From Carcharhinus amblyrhynchos (taxonomy: Eukaryota): DNA of 64,000 bases. How positions within the stretch are numbered: the first letter of the stretch is position 1; the number at the start of each line of letters is the position of its first letter. The stretch spans positions 31,124,001 to 31,188,000 of the forward strand of contig OZ336872.1 in the NCBI GenBank assembly GCA_965287045.1, read 5' to 3'. Positions 48,991 to 62,211 of the stretch are shown piece after piece. The position numbers were made by a program, and so were the translations under genes. The notes beneath the pieces were generated by a model. That model worked only from the letters and a program-made list of their open reading frames with translations, searched no databases and was not told the DNA's origin.

Positions 48991-50049
48991 CAGGTAGTTT
49001 CAGCACATGGACCAAGTTTCTTTGCTGATTTTAGAGTGTGGAATACGGGCTGGAGAGGAACTTTGTGGCTTTGGAAATAGTTTGATGTGATTCAAATTGC
49101 ACAACAAATTAAGCACAAAGTGATTTTTTCACAACATTCTTAAAATAAACACAACCTGAAACCCAATACCAGTCACAAGACAATGAAAGCGAGCAAGCAT
49201 GCATGTTCAATAGAGTAAGAGAGAATTCTGTACCTGCAGTTTGGGTTCTGCCTTCCATTTAATTATAATGTGCAGCACTTCACATGTAAATAACCCTGAC
49301 ATCCTGTGATGCAAACTTGAGAATGTAATCAAGATGGAAAACGTACGGCAGCTGAGGTGTTTTTGCATTTACTTACGTTTAAATTCCAAACTAATATTTG
49401 ACATTTTCCAGTTGTTTAGCATTCTCTCTGTATGCATACTTAGTCAGAACCATGAGCATAGGCTCACAGATCACCCAAAACTCAACAGTTTAAAGTACAA
49501 CTTCACACTGGACTTCACAAGCTCTTTGACAGTGTTTACTTTTTTAAGCTATGTTATTGGTACTCACTTGGGAGACTGACAACCATCCCCTCCCCCATCC
49601 CTCAGTCCCACTTGCCAGATGTTTCAACATTCTCCATTATGGTGTTTTAATGTTGAGCATGTCAAGAGTGCTTCCATCTGCATGAAGACAGCTGTAACTT
49701 GGGCTTAGTAGATGCTTTTCCTTACAATGCAATTTGCATGGTAATGCCAAACTCAGTAACCACAAGTTTTCCCCTGTAATTATCACAAAGCAAAAATCAA
49801 AACAAAAATGTGTCTTTTCAGAGTTTTTTTATGCGGGTATTGGTGCTTCATTACCTAATTTATGTACTTACTCAGTCTCTACACATTTATTTCTTAAATA
49901 CCACCCTCATTATTAACCTGATTAGATTCCCTATTGTCCACTTGTAGGTCCACCAACCTACAGAGACCATGGTCTATTGCAAGTTAATTAAATTGAACTG
50001 AATTTTGCAGACTTTTTGAGAATAGCGTATTGTACCCTTACTATACAAT

Positions 50050-50595
50050 GTCAGTAATGACTCAGCTGGTAGCACACTCTTGCCTCGGAATCAAAAGGTG
50101 CTGGGTTCAAGGACCACCCAGGGCTTGAGCCGAAAAATCAAGGCTGATGCTCCTGAAACCAAACCAGAAAATTCTGGAAAATCTCAACAGGTCTGACAGC
50201 ATCTGTGGAGAGAGAATAGAGCCAATGTTTCGAGTCTGGATGACCCTTCGTCAGAGCTGACACTTTTACTGAGGAGGCACTGTTCTTGTCACTGTCTGTC
50301 AGATGAGATGACCTGAGGTCCTCTTTACCTTTCCAGGTGATTGTAAAAGATCCCCTGGCACTAGTTCAAAGAAAAGTGGGGGAGTTATTCCAAATGACCT
50401 GGCCAATATTTATCCCTCAAATCAACATGACAAAAACATTATTTGGTCATTATCACTTTGCTGTTTGTGTGCATATTGGCTTCTCTGTTTCCAACTTTAC
50501 AACAGTGACAATACTTTTAAAAAAATCCTTCATTGAGTGTAAGACACTTGAGACATCTGGTGGTTGTAAAAAGTGCTTTAAAAATGCACGTCTTC
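50050..50595 (+). mobile_element. Deu-domain SINE (SacSINE1/AmnSINE-like), interrupted at ~50155-50258
   Basis: tRNA-like head GACTCAGCTGGTAGCAC...GGGTTCAAG; Deu-like core GTAAAAGATCCCCTGGCACTA...CCTGGCCAATATTTATCCCTCAA...GGTCATTATCAC. Confidence 0.75.
50220..50258 (-). ncRNA. Minimal hammerhead motif, second family
   Basis: Minus strand AGCT-CTGACGA-A-GGGTC-ATCCA-GACTC-GAAAC-ATT-GGCT. A related copy is on the plus strand at 29740-29778. Confidence 0.65.
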
Positions 50596-52018
50596 GCCCC
50601 TCCCCTCCGAGAAATCACTCAACCGCAATATTTTTCAGTTAAGTATTTGTATATTGTAATCAGCAGAACTTTGCCAAATTCAACCAAATCCTTTTCGCAT
50701 CTGACTTTAGAACTACTCATTCTGGGGTGGTGATGATATTCACAGATAAGGTAGGGTTAGAAGCAGAATGTGTTAGGAAGTAATCTTGTGATGGTGATGA
50801 TCTGGGTCAGACAGATCAAACAAGTTGGCAAAATGGTGAACAATTTATTTCATGATAGCCAGGATTGAAACTATTAACAGACACTGAAGATGGCAAGTTT
50901 TAGTCTTCCCAATGTTCAAGGGTTCCAGCTGATCCAACAATTGGATGTCAACAAATGGGACACAGTCATATTGGCAGTTCACGCCCCGCTGCCACTAAAG
51001 CGAAGACGGAGAATTTGGCTCCCAGCCAAATCTCCGTAGACTGCAGCAGGACTAGAAAATCCCACCAACATCAATATTCCTAGGATTCTGGCCATAATCT
51101 TTTTGGTGCCCATTTCTAACCAGTCTGTGAATCAGAAAGCAAATATTGGGGTAAGTTACATCAAGATGTTATGAAGGTATACTTAGCTTATAATGAATTA
51201 AATTCACATAACACCCAAATTAACTTCATAAAAAGGTAGCCACAGACATAGAAAACACATCAATACAATTTGTTAATACACTCCAAAAGTGAAAGTGGAC
51301 AAAATTAGAAAGTTTCCTGCTCATAAAATATTGGGGAACAGGCCACATATGACATCTGATCTATCCTAATATCTGCATCCAATAATCAGCCAATTAGATT
51401 GACTACCTTGAATCAAATTTCCTGTTTGGTGCATATGTGCCCTGTGCCCCTAGAGAGCGAGACAGCAAATGAAAACGTTAGCCTGTAAATCAAAGGCGAG
51501 TAGGGGACTATCTAGTGTAGCTTAGGAAAAAAGGCCATCCGTTTATGTTCCAAATTTAACAGGCCTTGTTTGTTACACTTCCCAAATACACAATGAACTC
51601 ATCTTCCAGGTTATCTTTGACAATCTGATTTGTCCAACCTATATAAAAATTAAGATAACTCATTATTGCACCTTTCATACAAGTTATTTTGTTTCTTCCT
51701 GTATACCCTGTGCTGCAGTGTATCTACTATCAGGGAACCTATTATCTCCTTTGACCAGTGACTTCTTTCCTTAGCATTTTCATATCTCTACCCCAACTGA
51801 TTCCACATCTTGATCTTCTAATGAAGATCATCTCTCAGTACTACACCCATTACAACCTTAACTTACAGATGTACCTATCTACCAATCCATGTGAAATGTC
51901 AAATATCCTTGAATATTTAAGTCCCAGCCTTGTTCACCTTATAGCCATTTCAGAGATTTCACTTTCACAATAATTCATGTACAAACATACATCAGTAATG
52001 GATGACAGAATAAATATG

Positions 52019-53191
52019 GTAAAAAGTCTGACAACACCAGGTTTTAGTCCAACCTATTTATTTGATAATATACTCACAAGCTTTCGGGTTAGCCCCTTCG
52101 TCAGGTGAATGGAGTGTTCTGGCCTCAGACAGAGCATATAAAGCACAGACAGTTTAGAGATTACTGATTAGAATGTGAATCCTTACACCTAACCTGCTGT
52201 TCAAGACCTGAAGTGGCTGATAATGTGAGTGGAAGGAGCACTGATCACAGTTTAAAGAGATGTGTATTGTCTCCAGACGGTACAGTAAGTGAGGTTTTGC
52301 AAACCCAGGCAAGTCACGGGGGTTACAGATAGTGCGACATGAACCCAAGATCCCTGTTGAGACCGTCCTCATGCGTGCGGAACTTGGCTACCAGCCTTCA
52401 GGAGAACAGTGACCACAATACCACATAACCCTGCCACAGCAACCTCTGCAAGACATGCCGGATCATCGACATGGATACCATCATCACACGTGAGAATACC
52501 GTCCACCAGGTACATGGTAAATACTCTTGCAACTCGGCCAACATTGTCTACCTGATACGTTGCAAGAAAGGATGTCCCGAAGCATGATACATTGGGGAGA
52601 CCATGCAGACGCTACGACAACGGATGAATGAATATCGCTCGACAGTCACCAGGCAAGACTGTTCCCTTCCTGTTGGCGAACACTTCAGTGGTCACGGGCA
52701 TTCAGCCTCTGACCTTCAGGTAAGCATTCTCCAAGGCGGCCTTCACGACACACGACAGCGCAGAGTCGCTGAACAGAGACTGATAGCCAAGTTCCGCACA
52801 CATGAGGACGGTCTCAACAGGGATCTTGGGTTCATGTCGCACTATCTGTAACCCCCGTGACTTGCCTGGGTTTGCAAAACCTCACTTACTGTACTGTCTG
52901 GAGACAATACACATCTCTTTAAACTGTGATCAGTGCTCCTTCCACTCACATTATCAGCCACTTCAGGTCTTGAACAGCAGGTTAGGTGTAAGGATTCGCA
53001 TTCTAATCAGTAATCTCTAAACTGTCTGTGCTTTATATGCTCTGTCTGAGGCCAGAACTCTCCATTCACCTGACGAAGGGGCTAACCCGAAAGCTTGTGA
53101 GTATATTATCAAATAAATAGGTTGGACTAAAACCTGGTGTTGTCAGACTTTTTACTGTGTTTACGCCAGTCCAACACCGGCATACCCACAT
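52019..53191 (+). mobile_element. Penelope-like element: GIY-YIG remnant between ~380-bp inverted arms, 13-bp TSD
   Basis: TSD CAGAATAAATATG at 52006-52018 and 53192-53204. 52019-52397 is the near-perfect reverse complement of 52777-53155. Protein remnant CHSNLCKTC...NIVYLIRC...A*YIGETMQTLRQRMNE...HF...EDGLNRD. Confidence 0.95.
53064..53102 (+). ncRNA. Minimal type I hammerhead ribozyme motif in the pLTR (mirror copy on minus at 52072-52110)
   Basis: ATTCAC-CTGACGA-A-GGG-GCTAA-CCC-GAAA-GCTT-GTGAGT: stem I AUUCAC/GUGAGU, stem II GGG/CCC, palindromic loop-less stem III. Confidence 0.8.
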
Positions 53192-54929
53192 CAGAATAAA
53201 TATGAGCATAGGTCTTAGGAGCAGGTGTAGGCCATTCAGCCCAATGAGCCTGCTGCCGTTTGATAAAAGATCATGACTGATCTGGTGGTGCTCTCAATTC
53301 CACTTCCTGTTTAATTCCCATACACCAATGTAATAAATACAGACAACACAGCAATATCAAATAATGCAGCCAGAAGATGCAACTCTTCCTCAGTTTATTC
53401 TTGCCTTATCAGAGGCCCAGGCTCCGAATTCTTGACACCCCCCCCGGCAACCCCTCGCAGAACAGAATTTGGCCTGTTCAAGTTTGTACAGCCATAAGAT
53501 GACAAATTCCAAACTCTCACACAGTGACTGCGTGTATGAAACGCACAAAACAGATAACATAAAAACAAGAGAATGATTGAAAAAAAAAGTTGCATATGAA
53601 CCACTTGATTGGCATCTCATTCACCACCACCATGCAACAGCATGTACAAGGTGCACAGCAGCAACTCACCAAGGCTCCTTCCACAGCATCCACCAAACTC
53701 TATCAATCTAGAAGGGCAGATGTATGGGAACACATCTTTTCCATGGTCCCCTCCAAGCTACTCAAAATCCTGACTTAGGAATAAATTGTCATCCCTTCAC
53801 TGTTCCTGAGTCAAAATCCTGGAGCTCCCTTCCTAACAGCAATAGGAATAGACATACACCTCATGGATTGTAGCAGTTTAGGGTAGCAGCTCACTACCAG
53901 CTTCAAGGGCAAATAGGGATGGGCAATAAATGCTGGTCCAGCCAACAGTATCCACAGCCCATAAATGAGTAAATTAAGAAATGATACAGAGTCACAGTAT
54001 GGGTGCAAGTAGTAGAGGGAGGAGAAAAGTGAGTAGATAAAAATGAGTGGAAGTGTGTTAAGGAAATGCTCAGAAAAGGATGTAGCCTCTTTTTTTGTAA
54101 ATATGTTTCCATTCCTGTAAATCAGTTCAGTAGGATTGTTGCAGGTAAATTAATTCAACTGCTTAATATGCTCAATGCCGGAATAACCAGTTCTTTGGAA
54201 GATGCATCACCCTGAAACAGAATAATCTGGCACTACCTTTCAAAAGGTATTTGATTTGGAGGTTTAGCACTTCATGATTTAATTATTAGTCATACTGAAC
54301 TTTTTAAACAATGCTGTTTATTTAATTAAGGATGGGTGGTACACAATCTGTCACTGGAAAGGACAACACTGAGGAACAATGCTGTCAGAAGATCATTCAG
54401 GCAATGATTTAGGTCGAAGGCAAGACTGATTTCAAGTCCAATTCAACAAATAATCCTATTTTTATTTAGTAATGGGAATAGATTTTAAACCTAAATTAGT
54501 GAGTCCGATGCTAAATGAATATGAACAGTTTTGAGGGTCTGTAGCTTTAAAAGTCAGGGAGAGCCCATGAATTTTATAAGCAACTGTTTTAAAAAAAAAA
54601 TACTTTTTTAAGCTAAATTAGGTGGAGTACCTGACTTTCTCCCACAAAAGCGTTTGAAATCTGTAGCCCTGCAGATTAGTAAGGCTCTAACACAACTGCC
54701 TTGTTGGGCAATAACATTACTGACAATGATATGCTTTCAATCGGTTAACTGAAACCACAATGCTTTGAGTACTCGCTACACCTGTGAGCTTCAGATGTAA
54801 GCATCACCAGTGAACTCAGAACATTTACATCAGATTAAAGAACATTATTGACAGAACGTTGCTTTATTGAAAAAAGGTAACTCACTTTGGTTCTGTCCTG
54901 GCACCCTTAAAAGACCTGGGAAATCATTG

Positions 54930-55620
54930 GGGAGTCCGTAACTTCATCCATTTTGGACCAAGAGAGGACAGGTTCAATTAGTTTTTGAATGGCAGCAGTT
55001 CAAAAGATTTCCGGGTCCTTGTACACTTATCACTAAAACACAGTCATCAGGCACAAAGAATAACCAAAAATGGTGAATGTTGACTGGAGGGCAGGAATGT
55101 AAAAAGAGAAGGAGTTTAGATGCGAAAGGACAAAGTCCTGGTTAAACCATATCTGGAGTATGGTGCACCACACCTAAGAAAACATATCGGTCTTGGAAAG
55201 AGAATTGCACAGATTCATCATGACTTTTCTTGGCTCTAAGTGTTAAATTAGAAGGAAAGCTGTGCATTTTCTGGAATATAAAAGGGTAAGGGGGTGAACG
55301 TAAAGATCTTGAACAGAATGACTAAGATAGATAAAGAGAAATTTTTTTGGGCGGGTATAGCACATGGGATCATAAGCTTAAAATCAGAGTAAGACCATTC
55401 AAGAGGTAAGTTAGGAAACACTGTCACACCAACAGCAGGGACAGTCTCAAAAAAAAATAGATGCTAGCTTAATTAATAATTTAAATTTTAAAAGCAACAT
55501 TAGATATTTGATGGACAAGCCTGTACAAGGTTATGGAACAAAGTCAAATGGATGGAATTGAATAGGCCATGTTCTCACTGATTGACAGAATAAGCTAGTA
55601 CGGCCTAATGGCTGCCTCCT
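54930..55620 (+). mobile_element. Highly degraded CR1 3' region
   Basis: Remnants such as CCATATCTGGAGTATGGTG, AAGGTTATGGAAC and AATGGCTGCCTCCTGT. Boundaries approximate. Confidence 0.55.
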
Positions 55621-56814
55621 GTCCTCACACCAAGTTGCAGGAGAGGCAAAGAGCGGAAGATTCAAATCAATGCTTGCTAATTCTTCTCAAGCAGCAGCAG
55701 GGGTACTACCATTCATTTTTAAAGCACACACCCTTTCATAAAGGGATTTAGGAAAGATTTTTGAATCACAAACCTTCATTCTTGAAAATTTATACATATT
55801 CAAAAAAGTTCTTGGTTTTGTTTACTTTTTCCTCACCTTTTGAGCCTGTAGCTTTTTGGAAGCGATTATTTTAAGCATGTATTTGCATCTGCCCATTATA
55901 ACCACTCGAATTTTCCAGGGTGATGGATGCAAAATGCTTGAACTTGTGACAAGGCCTCAATGCACCTCAGGTGCATTTATGATCAGATGAACCATCTTCG
56001 ATCAAGCTGCACTCAGAAGAAGTTTTACGTCTTTTGCCAGGGATGTGTTGTTTTCTATCTCCTGTTAAGTTTAAATTAAATCCACCTTTTTTAAAAAAAA
56101 ATGTGCTGCCAAACCTGCAACCTCGGTGACTTAGAAGGACAAAAGTAGCAGGTAAACCACCATCCCCAAGTTCTCAAGCAGGGCATATGTTACCACTCCT
56201 CATTGAAGACTTGGTAACTTTTGGCATCCTGCATACATTGCAGCCACAACAGTGGAGAAAGTGGCCGTTTCAGTGGATGGGCTAATATGTCTTGTACATT
56301 CCTAGGTATTGTTGCAGCTAATTATATAAAGATTCGAGTACCACAATAGCTCACATGGATTACCTAAAAATACTCAATTCTAAACCCCACCTTTGTTACA
56401 AATATTTCATTCAGTAACAGCCAAACAAAACAATAATGACCTTAACCTGGTAATTGATTAGGATCTTAACTAGCAGACTGAATAATCACAGACAATTGCA
56501 TTTATTCCTGCACACGTGTACTATGATTAGACAGAGATCCTGAGAACTTACTTAAAAGGAAATGGAGTAAAGAGTAGCACAAAAGGGAAGTGAGTGCGGA
56601 AAAAGCAAGACGAAACAATGCATCATCTTCGCAAGGTGGTTTTATGCACACAAATGCAATGATGTTTCAATGCAATTTATGCTGGCAAAACAAAACAATT
56701 CCATTTAGATAGCATCTCTCCGGGACATTATCCGTCTAATTAGCTTTAGTGCATGTAAGACATAACTTCATTTTCATAGCTGGCTAAAATATTTATGAAT
56801 GGTGGGATGCCTCA

Positions 56815-57555
56815 GAATGTGGAGTTGCCAGCATTGGACTGGGGTAGAAGTCTCACAACACCAGGTTAATTTGATAGCAAAAGCCACTAACTTTCAGAGC
56901 GCTGCCCCTTCATCAGATGAGTGGGAGTTCTGTTCACAAACAGGGCATATAAAGACACAAACTCAATTTACAAAATAATGGTTGGAATGCAAATCTTTAC
57001 AGGTAATCAAAGGTACTGACAATGTGAGTGGAGAGAGGGTTAAGGACAGGTTAAAGAGATGAGTATTGTCTCGACAATCACCAGGTAAGGGTGTTCTCTT
57101 TCTGTTGGGGGACACTTCAGCAGTCACAGCATTTCACCTCTGATCTTTGGGTAAGTGTTCTCCAAGGCAGCCTTCACGACACAACAGTGCTGAGCAGAGA
57201 CTGATAGCCAAATTCCGCACACGAGGATGGCCTCAACTGGAATCTTGGGTTCACGTCACACTATCTATAACACCCACGACTTGCAAAATCTCATTAACTG
57301 TTCTGTCTGGAGACAATATACATCTCTTTAACCTGTACTTAATGCTCTCTCCACTCACATTAAGACTTGATTACCTATAAAGACGCGCATTCCAACCATT
57401 ATTTTGTAAATTGAGTTTGTGTCTTTATATGCCCTGGTTGTGAATAGAACTCCCCTCACCTGATGAAGGGGCAGCACTCCAAAAGCTAGTGTTTTTTTCT
57501 ATCAAATAAACCTGTTGGACTTTAACCCGGTGTTGTGAGACTTCTTATTGTGTTT
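56815..57555. mobile_element. Older palindromic Penelope-like element with two degenerate hammerheads
   Basis: Inverted arms ~56830-57072 and ~57305-57550; duplication ATGCCTCA at 56807-56814 and 57556-57563; CTGATGAAGGGGCAGCACTCC(A)AAAGCTA at 57460-57488. Confidence 0.85.
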
Positions 57556-60500
57556 ATGCCTCACAAGTACAGATATTTACATCACATCCCAATTTCTTTT
57601 ATTCATTCATGGAACATTAGTGAATCAGATGCGTTTTTACTACAACTGGCAATGATTTCATGGTCATCATTAGACTTTTAATTCAAGATTTAAAAAGAAT
57701 CAAATTCAAATTTCACCATCTATCACAGTGAGATTCAAACCCAAGACCCCATAGCATTACCCTGGATCACCAGCCTACGACAATATCACTGCGCTACCGC
57801 CTCTCCTAACTTCTATATGCCTTCAATAGAAAAAAAATCATGTGGAATGACTTTTCTGTCACTTTCTATAGCTCAGGAAATCAGTTGAAACCACTTTCTC
57901 AAATTTTTTTGATCCAAAAGGAAAAGGTTGCCAAAGCTTTTTGATGGACACCTGTTTGAAAACACATTGGCCAAGAAACTTGAGTGAACCTGAAAAATCA
58001 GGATGTTAGCATCGTACCAGTCATCATGTATTATTTATACTTCCTGCCTGTTACCAACATGAGTCAGGCATACAGCCAGTGCTCCATGGCCTATTTGCTG
58101 TCTGTCCACCTGTTGGTGGACTATTGGGTCTCCAATACCACTTAAAGGCAGCCAGCACCACAGCTGTCCTTAAGCTACAGATACCAGAGATAAAACTCTG
58201 TACACGGAAAATGCCACTGCAAGTACTGAGAGGACACCAAGCTTTCTGATGGTGCTCTGCAGGCTTGGGGTGGAAGGCACCCTCTTACCCCAGAAGGTGG
58301 AAAGCTGTCTAGGCAACATTCCCACTGCCCATGGGAAGACATTGCAGAGATAATCATTGCCCAGGATCTCAGCTCCCAGCATAGGACTGCAAAGCTGAAA
58401 GTTCAATGACCTGAGCTGTCATGGTAACAAATACTATTCTCTTATTCTTCATTCACACCTCCACCACCTCAGACTCACTAAACACAAGACTCACCTCCCT
58501 CACTTTCCTTCAGTCTCCTACAATCATTGCACAAAATTCATTACTCTTCCTTCTTCCCAGACTCTGATGCTTACCATTATTCTAGCCCACACTTCCCCAC
58601 ACCTCATGAATTTGGAAGGAGAGGTGATCTTATTGAAGCATATTGATCCTGAGGAGATTTGGCAGGGTAGTTACTGCAGGACGTTTCCACTTGTGGGAGA
58701 GACCAGAATTAGAGGGATACATTTTAAGAATAAGACGCCTACCATATTTTAAGAATAGGGCATCTACCATTTAAGACAGAGGTAAGAGAAGATTTTCTTT
58801 CTCAAAAGGTTGGTAGCATGTGAAATTGTCTTCCTCAGAAAGCAGCGTAGGCTGAGTCATTAGGCAGAGTTGGACAGATATTTGATAGACAAGGGAGTCG
58901 AGAGTTATGGGGGCCAGAGCAAATAGGAAAGTGGATTTGAGACCACAACCAAATCAGCCATGATCTTCTAACTTGGCTGATTCCCTCAGTCCTATATGGC
59001 ACAATACACACCAGCCATTTAACCACAACAGGCATGCACTGTATATCTACAGACTCTCACTAACCCACTTCCTTCTTCCTCACAAGAAAGAGTGCCTTTG
59101 ACACCAAATGGCACAAGGCAGAGGAGGCAGAGTCTGCCTGCACATCTACTTCCAATGTTAAATATGTAGTGGCTCTCACAGGCTGACAGAATTCTAGTCA
59201 ACGTCATAGTGACTTACAACTCACTCCACACACTCAGCAGGACTAACTGTATAATTTCACCAACCATTTCTCTTTGCTTTCCTTTTACACCAGAAGCATC
59301 ATTGTGAGTAAACAAACTGTGGATGTACGTCTACCTCTTGGAGAAGGCCAAAAATTTTGCTTTGCTCCTGATATCAACCTACTTTTATATAATTTACAGC
59401 CAGTTTGGAAGGTGCAGAGTGATAGTAATGGCAACCTGCAACATTTATAAGCCTTAATTAGAACCATCATCCTTTAGTACATATCCAACTCAGCAGCAAA
59501 TTGTCACTGCAAAAAAAAATTCAAAGATCCTTAAACAGCATCTTCTAAACCCATGACCACGTTCACTTAGAAGGACAATGGCAATGGATACATGGGAACA
59601 CCACCACCACCTGCAAGTTCCCTCCAAATCACTCACCATCCTGACTGGGAAATATATTGCCGTTCCTTCAGTCACTGAGTCAAAATCCTGGAATTCCCTC
59701 CCTAACGGCCACGCATAGTGCATGGACTGTAGCGTTTCAAGGAGGCAGCTCACCATCACCTTCTCGAGGGCAACAAGGGATGGGGGTGATAAACACTGGC
59801 CAGACAGTGACGCCCATGTCCCATGATTGGATAAAAACCTCCAGTCTGTTTTGAATAGTCTAAAAGGAAACTAAAAGGATTAAATTGCTAAGAAAATTCC
59901 ATCTACCAATATTGTCAGCCTTTGTGGATAGATGAAGTGCTCAGGCGCCTGTCCTCCAGGCCCCATGAACTTTGACACAGATCACTGCTTGGGGTAAAAG
60001 AGGAAAATAAAAGGACAGCTCAGCAGTAGATCGGAATGCATGAGGGTGAAGGTATAATGTGAGCCATTGAAGGGGAGCTATATTAGGATTAGAGGGAAAG
60101 CAGTTTTCTGGGGAAGAGGGGGAATGTGCCGGTGCACATGTACATGGTTTTGCAGCAATCCGGAAAGTACTTTGCAACGAAGTAAACAGGCCATCTCCAA
60201 CTTTGGGAAAGTTCAGTGTCTTGTAAAATGCAAGCAACCCATGTGTTAAAAAAGTAGCCCTCAGAGGAACCTGTGCAGTGCAACAGAAAATTGAGAGAAT
60301 ACTGGCAATCGCTGCAGTTAATAAAAACCTTAAGGCCCCTACTTGGATTCCTGGGGCTACTGAATGAAGGCTAAGGGTGTAATTCATGATCCTGTGCTTG
60401 GGTGTGGTTGTTAAGTGTATGTCTCATTATGCATTTAAAGATTACACACATACTGCTGCATGCTAATACTGCCAGCTTTTGTGCCTCATGCAGGTCTCAT

Positions 60501-62211
60501 CCTTCAGGAATCTAAAGTATCCTGTGAAGACATGGAGGAGGAACTCATGGCAGCAAAAATGCAGCAGTCTCTGTACGGCAATTTTAAAGGTTTGATGGAT
60601 GTTTTCTTCTTCCAGTAATGCTCTAACCTGTGAATTCAGGCTGAAGATATTGTGGCTAAGGATAGTTTAATTCCCAGATCAGGGGATCAGTTGAATAAGT
60701 TTAATATTTGCAATGTCCAGCTGGAAACTGAAGGTTTGCAGCTATATGTAATTATTCTGTAGTGGCATCAAGCTTATTATGTCTCAAATAGCGATCTGAT
60801 GAATAAGATGATCCCATCTTTCTGGCCACAAAATTCATGTTTTGCATACACTCAGCAAACTAGCCACAATATCAGCCACAACATGCTGTCCTTGAAGTTC
60901 TAGGCAGCTTCAATCTTTCATCGCACAAATGCATAGTTTACTTATAAAAAGGACGCAAGGCTTGAAATAGACGATATGGGCTGTGTTGCAAAGAACTGCA
61001 GGATTGTAACACATGTCTACTATTTGCATCATGAGGTTGGTTCATGATTTGGAGTGACATCAACAGTGCAGGTTCAATTCTCATACCAGCTGAGGTTATT
61101 CATGAAGGCCCACCTCCTCAACCTTGCCCCTGGCCTGAGGTGTGATGATTCTCAAGTTAAATCACTACCCATGGTCATCTGGGACTATGGTGACTTTACC
61201 TTACCTTCGCATCAGATGCTTAATACATGTCGAACACCCACGGTGGCAGCTTACTTATGTATACTGTGCAAGTTGATCACCCATTTTGGAGGGATTTTAA
61301 AGCTTCATAGGTTAACTTGTATTCCATCTACGGTATTTCCCTGTAGACACAATGGACTAAAGGGCCTCATTTTGTGCTGTAAAACTCTGACTACATTTAA
61401 TTTTTGATCAATGTTACCTTATACTAACTGTTTGCAGCAATGATGCTTCATTTTGAAAAGTTATCCAAATTTCCAAGGGCACTCAGCCTATTTTCTGTGA
61501 AATAAACAATTATGGAAATTTGGGAACAAGTTATGCCTGCAAGAACAATACATCCAAATCAACTCAAACATTTTACAATCGATTATCTCTCCGCCTAAAC
61601 ACATTCCCACTTGTTATCATGGCCCCACCCAAGTTGGTGAGCCTCTCATACCAGATTCCTGCAATTCCACTTGCTTAGGGAGACGCTCAGACTTGTGACC
61701 AGATTTTCAGGAGTATCCAGGAACAAGATTATTTCTCTAATGGGTCAGAGCGATTTCTTTGAGTGCTTTGTCTTCACTGTTCATTTGAGTGGCATCAATG
61801 CAAGTCATGCCAAACAATTTTTTTTAAGAAAACAAAGCTCCTCTGATCAGTGTTCCTCAGCAGGCCCCTGAAATGATAGCCATTTGGAAAAGTGGCCCCC
61901 AATTTTCTACTCAATCTTATTGAACACAAAATCTGCCATGAACCAATTCAATCAGGCAGCAATTCAAAAACTAAATAATGCGTCCTTTAGGAAATATTCC
62001 TTGACATATTTAGGAATTGTGACTTAAAATTTGATTAATATAGCTAAAAAAAATCATAAAAAAAGCATTTTAACATCAGCGTCATTGCACCCCCCAACCT
62101 GAAAGTAATCCAATTTCACGTTACTGAAGATAACTTATTTAAAAGCACAGAACAATTTTCTGGTTAGATTGGCATACAGCAAGTAGTTCAATTTTTAAAC
62201 AAATATTCAAA

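Noticed and set aside
59941-60387. 148-aa minus-strand ORF and other 60-130 aa ORFs in unique sequence
   Set aside because: No recognisable domain or splice-consistent partner exons; lengths are compatible with chance.
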